Of a DNA stretch of 64,000 nt, positions 25,289 through 33,840 are shown piece after piece. The stretch lies in NCBI GenBank assembly GCA_021300535.1, contig JAJTED010000007.1, forward strand, positions 5,963 to 69,962, written 5' to 3'. How positions within the stretch are numbered: the first letter of the stretch is position 1; each line of letters starts with the position of its first letter. Source of the stretch: Planctomycetaceae bacterium. Lineage in GTDB: Bacteria; Planctomycetota; Planctomycetia; Pirellulales; UBA1268. The notes beneath the pieces are model-generated. The model saw nothing but the letters and a program-made list of their open reading frames with translations, did not search any database and was not told the DNA's origin. The position numbers and the translations under genes were made by a program.

Positions 25289-26935
25289 ATGCAAAACCAG
25301 AACGATCAGTCGCGGATGGACCGGATCGTGTCCCTCGCCAAGCGGCGCGGCTTCGTCTTTCAGTCGAGCGAGATCTACGGCGGCTTGAACGGCTTCTGGG
25401 ACTACGGCCCCCTCGGCGTGGCCCTGAAGCGCAACCTCAAGGACGCCTGGTGGCATGACATGGTCGCCGGCCACGACGAACTGGCCACGCTCACCGGCGC
25501 CCCGTCGCCCTACGAGATGACCGGCCTCGACTGCACGATCATCATGCACCCGCAGGTCTGGAAGTGCTCGGGCCACTTCGACCTGTTTCACGACTGGATG
25601 ATCGACTGCCGGGAGTCGAAGCGCCGCTACCGCTACGACCACCTCCACGGCCGCTGGGCGGCCCACCGCGGCAAGAAGGTGTTCGTGACCACCGACGCCT
25701 CGGGGGACGAGGCGGCCCCCGCGACCGTGGCCCGGGCCCAGAAGTTCTTCGGGCTGCGGGCCAAGCAGGTGGACGAGATCGAGTGGGGCGGAGGACTGGA
25801 GTCGCTCCAGCAGGCGATCGCGGCCGGTTCCGCCACCCTGGCCGACACGCTTGGCCCCGACGCCACCGCCCCCGGCTCGCTCACCGAGCCGCGGGAGTTC
25901 AACCTCATGTTCGAGACGCGGATCGGGGCCCTGGCGGGCGACGACGAGGATCGCGCCTTCCTCCGTCCCGAGACCGCCCAGGGGATTTTCGTGAACTTCA
26001 AGAACGTGCTCGACACGTCGCGGGTTCGCGTGCCGTTCGGGATCGCCCAGGTGGGCAAGAGCTTCCGCAACGAGATCACGCCGCGGAACTTCACGTTTCG
26101 CTCGCGGGAGTTCGAGCAGATGGAGATCGAGTTCTTCTGCAAGCCGGCCGACTCGGCGGCCTGGTATCGCTATTGGCGGGATCGCCGCTGGAAGTGGTAT
26201 CTCGACCTCGGGCTCACGGCGGGCAGGCTGCAGCTCCGCGAGCACGCCGCCGACGAGCTCTCGCACTACTCCGTGGGCACTGCCGACATCGAGTATGCGT
26301 TCCCGTTTCTCGCCGCCGGCGAGTTCGGCGAGCTGGAGGGCATCGCCCATCGCGGCGACTTCGACCTGCGGAGCCACATGGAGGGCAAGCTCGTCCGCCA
26401 GGACGGCGGGCTGGTCGTCGAGACCGGCCCGGATGGCAAGCCGCGGCACAAGGGGAGCGGCAAGGACCTCTCCTACTTCGACGACATCACGCGGGAGCGG
26501 TTCGTGCCGCACGTGATCGAACCCTCGGCCGGGGCGGACCGGGCCACGCTCGCCTTTCTCTGCGACGCCTACCACGAGGACGAGGTGCCCGACGAGGACG
26601 GCAAGCCGCGGAGCCGCACCGTGCTCAAGCTCCATCCGCGGCTCGCGCCCGTCAAGGCGGCGATCCTGCCGCTGGTGAAGAAGGACGGGATGCCCGAGGT
26701 GGCGATCGATCTCTACCGGGCCCTCAAGCCGCACATGGCCTGCCAGTACGACGAGAAGGGCTCCGTGGGCCGGCGCTACGCCCGGCAGGACGAGGCGGGC
26801 ACGCCCTGGTGCCTGACGGTCGACGGCCAGTCGCTCGCCGACCGGACGGTGACGCTCCGCGACCGCGATTCGCTCGTGCAGCAGCGGGTGGCGATCGATG
26901 AGGTCGTGGACCTGCTCCGCGACAAACTGTCATGA
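25289..26935 (+). CDS. glyQS: Glycine--tRNA ligase (class II, alpha2 type)
   Basis: 'RRGFVFQSSEIYGGLNGFWDYGPLG', 'LRPETAQGIFVNF', 'GKSFRNEITPRNFTFRSREFEQMEIEFF', 'VIEPSAGADRATLAFL'. Start set at ATG 25289 (MQNQND). Confidence 0.95.
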   Translation: MQNQNDQSRMDRIVSLAKRRGFVFQSSEIYGGLNGFWDYGPLGVALKRNLKDAWWHDMVAGHDELATLTGAPSPYEMTGLDCTIIMHPQVWKCSGHFDLFHDWMIDCRESKRRYRYDHLHGRWAAHRGKKVFVTTDASGDEAAPATVARAQKFFGLRAKQVDEIEWGGGLESLQQAIAAGSATLADTLGPDATAPGSLTEPREFNLMFETRIGALAGDDEDRAFLRPETAQGIFVNFKNVLDTSRVRVPFGIAQVGKSFRNEITPRNFTFRSREFEQMEIEFFCKPADSAAWYRYWRDRRWKWYLDLGLTAGRLQLREHAADELSHYSVGTADIEYAFPFLAAGEFGELEGIAHRGDFDLRSHMEGKLVRQDGGLVVETGPDGKPRHKGSGKDLSYFDDITRERFVPHVIEPSAGADRATLAFLCDAYHEDEVPDEDGKPRSRTVLKLHPRLAPVKAAILPLVKKDGMPEVAIDLYRALKPHMACQYDEKGSVGRRYARQDEAGTPWCLTVDGQSLADRTVTLRDRDSLVQQRVAIDEVVDLLRDKLS

Positions 26936-27756
26936 AGCCCGCCCTGGCTACCGTTTCGAGCCTGCAGGCGCCGCTGGTGACGATCCTGGAGGACTACGCC
27001 GCGGGCCACGTGGACGCGATCGACCTGTGGCTCGGCCATGCCGACGCGTTCGTGGCGGAGCAGGGCGTCGCGGCCCTCGCGGATCGGCTCGCCGCCCACG
27101 GCATCGCCGCGGTGGCCGCGTCCTTTCAGGGTGGCCTGCTCACGAGCCAGGGCGACGCCCGCCGGGAGCACTGGCGGCACTTCGAGGATCGGCTCGCGTT
27201 GTGCCGCGATCTCGGCATCCCTGTGCTCGTGGTCGCCGGCGACGCGTTCGGCCCCCTGGCGGCCGAGGATCTGGGCCGACTCTCGGCCAGTCTCGTCGAG
27301 GCGGCGAAGCGGGCGGCCGACGTCGGCATCCGGTTGGCGCTCGAGTTCGACGCCCGGGCGAGCTTCCCCAACAACCTGCAGTCGGCGGTCGCGGTGGTCG
27401 AGGACGTCGGCTCACCGGCCCTCGGCGTGTGCCTCGACTGGTTCCACTGGACCGTGGGGCCGAGCAAGCCGCTCGACCTCTGGCTGCTGTCGCGGGACAA
27501 CCTCGCCCACGTGCAGTTGTCGGACATCGCCGATGTGCCCCGCGAGATGGCCGCCGACGCCGATCGGATCCTGCCGGGCGAAGGCAGTTCTCCGTGTGAC
27601 GACCTGATTCGCCGCTTGCGGGAGATCGGCTACGCGGCCGCGGTCGCCGTCGAGACACCCAATCCCCGCCTGTGGAGCATCCCGCCACGGCAGTTCGGCG
27701 AGGTCGCGTTCACGGCGGTGCGGAAGCTGCTGGGCCAGGCGGACGAGCGGGGGTGA
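26932..27756 (+). CDS. Sugar phosphate isomerase/epimerase (xylose-isomerase-like TIM barrel) family protein
   Basis: 274 aa. The pattern 'IRLALEF...', 'LGVCLDWFHW', 'AHVQLSD' and 'ILPGEG' is typical of AP_endonuc_2/TIM-barrel proteins. ATGA overlap with the glyQS stop. Confidence 0.7.
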   Translation: MKPALATVSSLQAPLVTILEDYAAGHVDAIDLWLGHADAFVAEQGVAALADRLAAHGIAAVAASFQGGLLTSQGDARREHWRHFEDRLALCRDLGIPVLVVAGDAFGPLAAEDLGRLSASLVEAAKRAADVGIRLALEFDARASFPNNLQSAVAVVEDVGSPALGVCLDWFHWTVGPSKPLDLWLLSRDNLAHVQLSDIADVPREMAADADRILPGEGSSPCDDLIRRLREIGYAAAVAVETPNPRLWSIPPRQFGEVAFTAVRKLLGQADERG

Positions 27757-27772
27757 TGTGGCGCGCACGCAC

Positions 27773-28032
27773 GAACGGCACAAAAAGCCCCGGGCGGGAG
27801 CCCGGGGACTCCGGGTGGCATCTCGTCCCGGGTGCCATGCGGCGTGAGTCTGCATCGGGAAATCACGTGCCGTCGTGCCGTCGTGCCGTCGTTCCGTCGT
27901 GCGGTCGTGGATGGCGGGCTGGTTTTTGTGCCCGGTGTCCCCGGGTTTCCACCCGGGGCTTCCTGCCGCGCCGACTCCACAAAAAGCCCCCGGCGGGAGC
28001 CGGGGGACTCCGGGTATGCAAACCATCCCGGC
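27773..28032 (-). repeat. Hairpin-capped fold-back repeat family, locus 3 (one full 184-nt-core copy plus one terminal-arm copy)
   Basis: Full copy ~27779-27962 with hairpins CCCCGGGC-ggga-GCCCGGGG (27788-27807) and CCCCGGGT-ttcc-ACCCGGGG near 27940-27959. It contains an internal octamer run, cgtgccgt x ~5.6 (27866-27910). A second left-arm copy has hairpin CCCCCGGC-ggga-GCCGGGGG (27987-28006). Confidence 0.92.
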
Positions 28033-28065
28033 CTGACGCAACGCACGTTCGCGGCCGGCGTGCTG

Positions 28066-28707
28066 TCAGGGATATTCCTTGAGCAGGTTGCTGCGGGCCT
28101 CGATTTCGTCGATCGGCCGCAGCCGCTGTGATGCTCCTGGCGGCAGGATCGGGAAGTGGCGGGAGCCGGTCAGCGCATCGACGAGTTCGTGGCAAAAACC
28201 CGGATGGGTCACCCAGAGCGACGGATCGTAGCGCCGAAGGTCGACGGCGACGGAGTAGCTGCGGAGCGTCTTGCGGCGTCGCTTCACATATTGCGGGAAG
28301 AAGGAAATGGCCAGTTCCCGCAACGTGCGATAAATCGGGTCTCGGTGCCGAAGGAACGGGCTGTTGCTCTTCGAGATCGCGCCCCAGCAGCCGCCGCGGC
28401 GGAATAGGGCGATGACGTGGTCCACGTCGCCGCGGGCCGCGCCCAGGTCCATGAGCAATGGCGGCTGCCCTGCGAGCCAGAGCCCACAGGCTGCGACGAA
28501 CGCCGCCTCGACGCAGTGGGCCGTCCCGGCCCGCAGCGTTTCCACGACGGAGCGGGCCGTGGGACCGTCGTGCTGGTGGTTCCAGGGGATCGCATTGACG
28601 AAGTCCTGAATCCGCTCCGGCGTGCGCAGATTCGCGAGCCGGGTCGCGAGCGGCCGCGGCAGGCCGAGGCCGATTCCGAGTTGCACGCCAGTTGCGCGGG
28701 CCATCAC
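28066..28707 (-). CDS. Hypothetical protein (possible papain/transglutaminase-like Cys-His fold)
   Basis: 213 aa with ordinary composition. 'GTAHCVEAAFVAACGLW' followed by 'VDHVIALF' and 'WGAISKSN' is arranged like a Cys...His catalytic pair, but this is a weak guess. The gene is visibly less GC-rich than its neighbours (two 60-nt lines counted at 60% and 58% G+C). Confidence 0.65.
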   Translation of the reverse strand: MMARATGVQLGIGLGLPRPLATRLANLRTPERIQDFVNAIPWNHQHDGPTARSVVETLRAGTAHCVEAAFVAACGLWLAGQPPLLMDLGAARGDVDHVIALFRRGGCWGAISKSNSPFLRHRDPIYRTLRELAISFFPQYVKRRRKTLRSYSVAVDLRRYDPSLWVTHPGFCHELVDALTGSRHFPILPPGASQRLRPIDEIEARSNLLKEYP

Positions 28708-28890
28708 CAGATTCCTGAAAACTCAATTCCGTGACGCGGAGCGTACCACCGGTCGCCGCCCGTGACAGCGGTGCTGGCGCCTTTTGATGTTGCGCCAAGT
28801 GGCTCGAAAGAGCGTCGCCGCTGCAGGAATCCGGTGGCAACCGTTGTTTTGCAGATCCTTTGAATTGGGGATCGGTCTCATCACCCGTCC

Positions 28891-29146
28891 AGGAAGCCCC
28901 GGGTGGAAACCCGGGGACACCGGGTATGAAAACCGTCCCGCCATCCATGCCGAATGACGGTGCGCCATTTCCCGGTGCAAACCCACATTGCATGGCACCA
29001 GGTAAGGCATGCTACCCGGAGTCCCCGGGCTCCCGCCCGGGGCTTTTTGTGGGGTCGGCGGGGCAGGAAGCCCCGGGTGGAAACCCGGGGACACCGGGTA
29101 TGAAAACCGTCCCGCCATCCATGCCGAATGACGGTGCGGGAAACCC
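28891..29146 (+). repeat. Hairpin-capped fold-back repeat family, locus 4 (one full copy plus one half copy, 174-nt period)
   Basis: Full copy 28891-29052: AGGAAG-CCCCGGGT-ggaa-ACCCGGGG ... CCCCGGGC-tccc-GCCCGGGG (29023-29042)-CTTTTTGTGG. A second copy starts at 29065 and breaks off near 29146. Confidence 0.92.
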
Positions 29147-29221
29147 AAAAGTGGCTGGCCGACGGCCCGATCCCATACAATCCTCGTCGTCGCGGTTCGA
29201 GTGCCCTGGAGATCTTTCTCG

Positions 29222-30364
29222 ATGAGAAGGTTCCGGTTTGCCGTCGCGTTCGTTGTGGCCCTGCTGGCCGCCGGCTTCTCGGCCGAGGCCCGGGCCGGCC
29301 GATTCTGGTGTCGTGGTCCCTACGTCGCGCCGACCTTCGCCTACGGCAACGGCGGCTACGCCGCCGGCTACAGCACCGCGGTCACCCGCTGGGGCTGGAG
29401 TGGCTGGTGTGGTCCGCGGTGGGGCGGCTGGTGCGCGCCGCGTTGGAACTGGTGCGGACCGCGCTGGGGCTGGGGATGCAGGCCGTGGGGCTACGGGACT
29501 TGGGGTTGGGGATGCGTGCCTTGGTATGGCGCGACGACGTGGGGCTGCGCAGACGCCGTCTCTCTTTCCGTGTCGGGCGGCAACGCGACGTTCTTCTCCG
29601 GATCGCTCGTGCCCTATCCGGTCTATGGCGGCTGGGGCTATCCGGCCATATGGGTGCCTGGTGAGTATGGCTGGTACGGCTATCCGTATGGCACCGTGCT
29701 GCCGGCGAGATTCGCGCCGCAATTCGGGCCGGCCGGCGTGTTGCCGTTTCTCGGCCTCGGCGCGGCGACGGCCAACGCGAACGCCGGCGCGCTCGTCGCG
29801 CGAACCTCGTCCGCGTCGCGGCCGGTGATTGCCGCCGCGCCGCAGCCGTCTGGTCGGCCCGCGGTGGTTCGCGCGAGCACGGGCATCGCGCGGCTCCGCG
29901 CGGCGCGGCTCGTGGCCGTGGGCGACCGGCATCTGCGGGGCGCGCAGGGCGACCCGGTGCGGCTGACGGCTGCGCTCGACGCGTATCGCCGGGCCGCCGC
30001 CATCGCGCAGGACCAGCCCGACATTCAGCTGCGGCAGTCGCTCGTGCTCGTGGCGCTCGACCGCCAGGATCAGGCCGACGCGGCGATCGGCCGCGCCGTG
30101 GCCATCGACGGGCGCCTCGCGGCCGTGCCGGCCCCGCCGGCGGCCGGTCGCCAGGCCGTCGCGGCCGATCCAGTTTTCGGCGACCGTCCGGCCGGCGGGT
30201 CGCCACCGTTCGCGGTGCGCGGCGCCGCGATCCTGCGAGAGATCGCCGCCCAGGGCGAAGGCGACGACGGGGCCGGCCGCGTCGTCGCGACGCTCGCCGA
30301 CCGCTGGTCGCAGCGGTTCGACGGCCGCCTCGGGGCGCTGGCGGCGATCTCCGCCACGCCCTGA
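29222..30364 (+). CDS. Secreted Trp/Gly/Cys-rich protein with helical (TPR-like) C-terminal half
   Basis: Signal peptide 'MRRFRFAVAFVVALLAAGFSAEA'. The block 'TRWGWSGWCGPRWGGWCAPRWNWCGPRWGWGCRPWGYGTWGWGCVPWYGATTWGC' has 14 Trp and 6 Cys in 55 aa. A Tyr/Gly/Trp-rich stretch follows, then 'LRAARLVAVGDRHL...LDAYRRAAAIAQDQPDIQLRQSLVLVAL'. Confidence 0.7.
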   Translation: MRRFRFAVAFVVALLAAGFSAEARAGRFWCRGPYVAPTFAYGNGGYAAGYSTAVTRWGWSGWCGPRWGGWCAPRWNWCGPRWGWGCRPWGYGTWGWGCVPWYGATTWGCADAVSLSVSGGNATFFSGSLVPYPVYGGWGYPAIWVPGEYGWYGYPYGTVLPARFAPQFGPAGVLPFLGLGAATANANAGALVARTSSASRPVIAAAPQPSGRPAVVRASTGIARLRAARLVAVGDRHLRGAQGDPVRLTAALDAYRRAAAIAQDQPDIQLRQSLVLVALDRQDQADAAIGRAVAIDGRLAAVPAPPAAGRQAVAADPVFGDRPAGGSPPFAVRGAAILREIAAQGEGDDGAGRVVATLADRWSQRFDGRLGALAAISATP

Positions 30365-30401
30365 CCTCGTCCAGGGCGGAAACGGCGGTATCCTTGGGGA
30401 G

Positions 30402-31763
<1,362 letters not shown>

Positions 31764-32001
31764 CGGTCGTGCGGGGCCTGCATGGCATCGCGGCGACGCG
31801 AGCGGTGCCGCGTGAGGTAGACTCTGCTGCCGACACCGAGCGCAAGCGTTTTGGAACGTCACCCCAGTGCGGGAGGCGCGGGGGTCGGCGAACGCTCGAC
31901 GAGCGTGCGGCCGCCGCGGCCGCAGCGAGGAGACTTTTGCCGCCCCCAAGCCGGCTTGGGCTGACAACGGCCCCCACTTCGTCATGCCCGCCGCCCGAAT
32001 C

Positions 32002-33072
32002 ATGAACCACACCCGCGCCACCTCTACCAGCCTCGTCCGCCCCGACATCGCGGCCCTGGCGGGCTACGTTCCCGGCGAGCAGCCGCAGGGGGGCGACTGG
32101 ATCAAGCTCAACACCAACGAGAATCCCTACCCGCCGTCCCCCGCCGTGGCGCGGGCCGTCGCCGCGGCCGTGGCGGGCCGCACGCTCGCCAAGTATCCCG
32201 ATCCGGTGGCCACGGCGTTCCGCCGGCGGGCCGGGGACGTGCTCGGCGTCGATCCCGACTGGATCATCTGTGGCAACGGCAGCGACGACCTGCTCACGAT
32301 CCTCGTCCGTACCTTCGTCGGGGCGGGGGAGCGGCTGCGGATGCCCTACCCGAGCTACATCCTCTACCGCACGCTCGCCGGCCTCCAGGGGGCGGGGTGC
32401 GACGAGTTTCACTACGCCCGCGACTGGTCGCTCGACGACGGCTTCGCCGCGGCCGCCGCCGACATCCGGCTGGCGATCATCGCCAATCCCAACAGCCCAT
32501 CGGGCACCCTGCTGGCTCCGGATCGTGTCCGTGAGCTCGCCGCTCGGCTGCCCTGCGGCCTGGTCGTGGACGAGGCCTACGGCGACTTCGCCGCCACGAA
32601 CTGCCTCGATCTCGTCCGCGAAAACGAGCGGGTGATCGTCACGCGGTCGTTCAGCAAGTCCTACGCGCTGGCCGGCCTGCGGTTCGGCTTCGCCGTCGCC
32701 CAGCCGACGGTGATCGAGCAGCTGCTCAAGGTGAAGGACTCGTACAACTGCGACACGCTGTCGATCGCCGCCGCCACCGCGGCCATCGACGACCAGGCCT
32801 GGCTGGCGGCGAATCGGGCGCAGATCATCGCCACCCGCCGGCGGCTGACCGACGAGTTGCGGCGGCTCGGATACGACGCCTTGGAAAGCCAGGCGAACTT
32901 CGTGTGGTGCACGCACCCCGAGCGGCCGCACCGGCCCATCTACGAGGCCCTCAAGGCCGCGGGCATCCTCATCCGCTACATGCACTACGCCGGCTGGGGC
33001 GACGGCCTTCGCGTGTCGGTCGGCACCGACGCGGAGATCGACGCCTTCCTCGCCCGCATGCGTTCCCTCTGA
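32002..33072 (+). CDS. hisC: Histidinol-phosphate aminotransferase
   Basis: 'LNTNENPYPPSP', 'NPNSPSG', 'VDEAYGDF' and 'RSFSKSYALAGLRFGF' (PLP lysine). The start is either ATG 32002 or 31984. Confidence 0.93.
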   Translation: MNHTRATSTSLVRPDIAALAGYVPGEQPQGGDWIKLNTNENPYPPSPAVARAVAAAVAGRTLAKYPDPVATAFRRRAGDVLGVDPDWIICGNGSDDLLTILVRTFVGAGERLRMPYPSYILYRTLAGLQGAGCDEFHYARDWSLDDGFAAAAADIRLAIIANPNSPSGTLLAPDRVRELAARLPCGLVVDEAYGDFAATNCLDLVRENERVIVTRSFSKSYALAGLRFGFAVAQPTVIEQLLKVKDSYNCDTLSIAAATAAIDDQAWLAANRAQIIATRRRLTDELRRLGYDALESQANFVWCTHPERPHRPIYEALKAAGILIRYMHYAGWGDGLRVSVGTDAEIDAFLARMRSL

Positions 33073-33109
33073 TCAGGTTTCCCATTTCTCGTTCCCGCCG
33101 GTCCATCCC

Positions 33110-33706
33110 ATGCCCCGCGCCGCCACCGTCTCCCGCAAGACCGCCGAAACCGACATCCGCCTCACGCTCGACCTCGACGGCATCGGCGCCGCCGAGATTC
33201 GCACCGGGATCGGCTTCTTCGACCACATGCTCACGCTGCTCGCCGGGCACTCGCTCTGCGACCTGAAGGTGGCCTGCACGGGCGACCTGCACGTCGACGG
33301 TCACCACACGGTGGAGGACGTGGGCCGGGCCCTGGGTACCGCGCTGGTCGAGTGCCTCGGCGACCGGCGCGGCATCCGCCGCTACGGCCACGCGATCATT
33401 CCTATGGACGAGGCGTTGGCGACCGTGGCCGTCGATCTCGGCGGCCGTGCCGCGTGCGTGTTTGCCGTGGAGTTCCCGGTGCCGACGATCGGCACGTTCG
33501 ACGCCCAGCTCGTGGAGGTGTTTTGGGAGAGTGTGGCCGCCACGGCGGGCATGAACTTCCACGCCGTGCTGCACCACGGCCGCAACGGCCATCACATCGC
33601 CGAGGCGGTCTTCAAGGCCGCGGCCCGCGGTCTCCGTGTCGCTGTCGAGCCCGACCCCCGCCAGCCCGGCATCCCGAGTACGAAGGGCACGCTCACGAGC
33701 AAGTGA
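33110..33706 (+). CDS. hisB: Imidazoleglycerol-phosphate dehydratase
   Basis: 'RKTAETDIRLTLDLDG', 'GFFDHML', 'VDGHHTVEDVGRALG', 'GRNGHHIAEAVFKAAARGL'. 198 aa. Confidence 0.95.
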   Translation: MPRAATVSRKTAETDIRLTLDLDGIGAAEIRTGIGFFDHMLTLLAGHSLCDLKVACTGDLHVDGHHTVEDVGRALGTALVECLGDRRGIRRYGHAIIPMDEALATVAVDLGGRAACVFAVEFPVPTIGTFDAQLVEVFWESVAATAGMNFHAVLHHGRNGHHIAEAVFKAAARGLRVAVEPDPRQPGIPSTKGTLTSK

Positions 33707-33714
33707 GCGTGCCC
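33685..33714. repeat. GC-rich hairpin (12-bp stem GGGCACGCTCAC / GTGAGCGTGCCC, loop gagcaa) overlapping the hisB stop codon; copy 1 of 2
   Basis: Read directly. The hisB TGA (33704-33706) lies in the 3' arm. The 28-nt core gcacgctcacgagcaagtgagcgtgccc recurs at 33798-33825. Confidence 0.85.
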
Positions 33715-33797
33715 GGCCGGTCCGGGCAACCCTTGGCGTTGCCCGCGACCGGCCCAGCCGGCAAAGGCCAGGATGGCTTTGCCGGCGTGCAGTCGGC

Positions 33798-33825
33798 GCA
33801 CGCTCACGAGCAAGTGAGCGTGCCC
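33798..33825. repeat. Second copy of the 28-nt hisB-terminal hairpin, 16 nt from the 3' end of the convergent gene 33841-35814
   Basis: Exact 28-nt repeat of 33687-33714, 111 nt downstream. Two further small hairpins lie between the copies (gggcaac..gttgccc and ccggcaaag..ctttgccgg). Confidence 0.85.
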
Positions 33826-33840
33826 AGGCGGCGGCACCAT

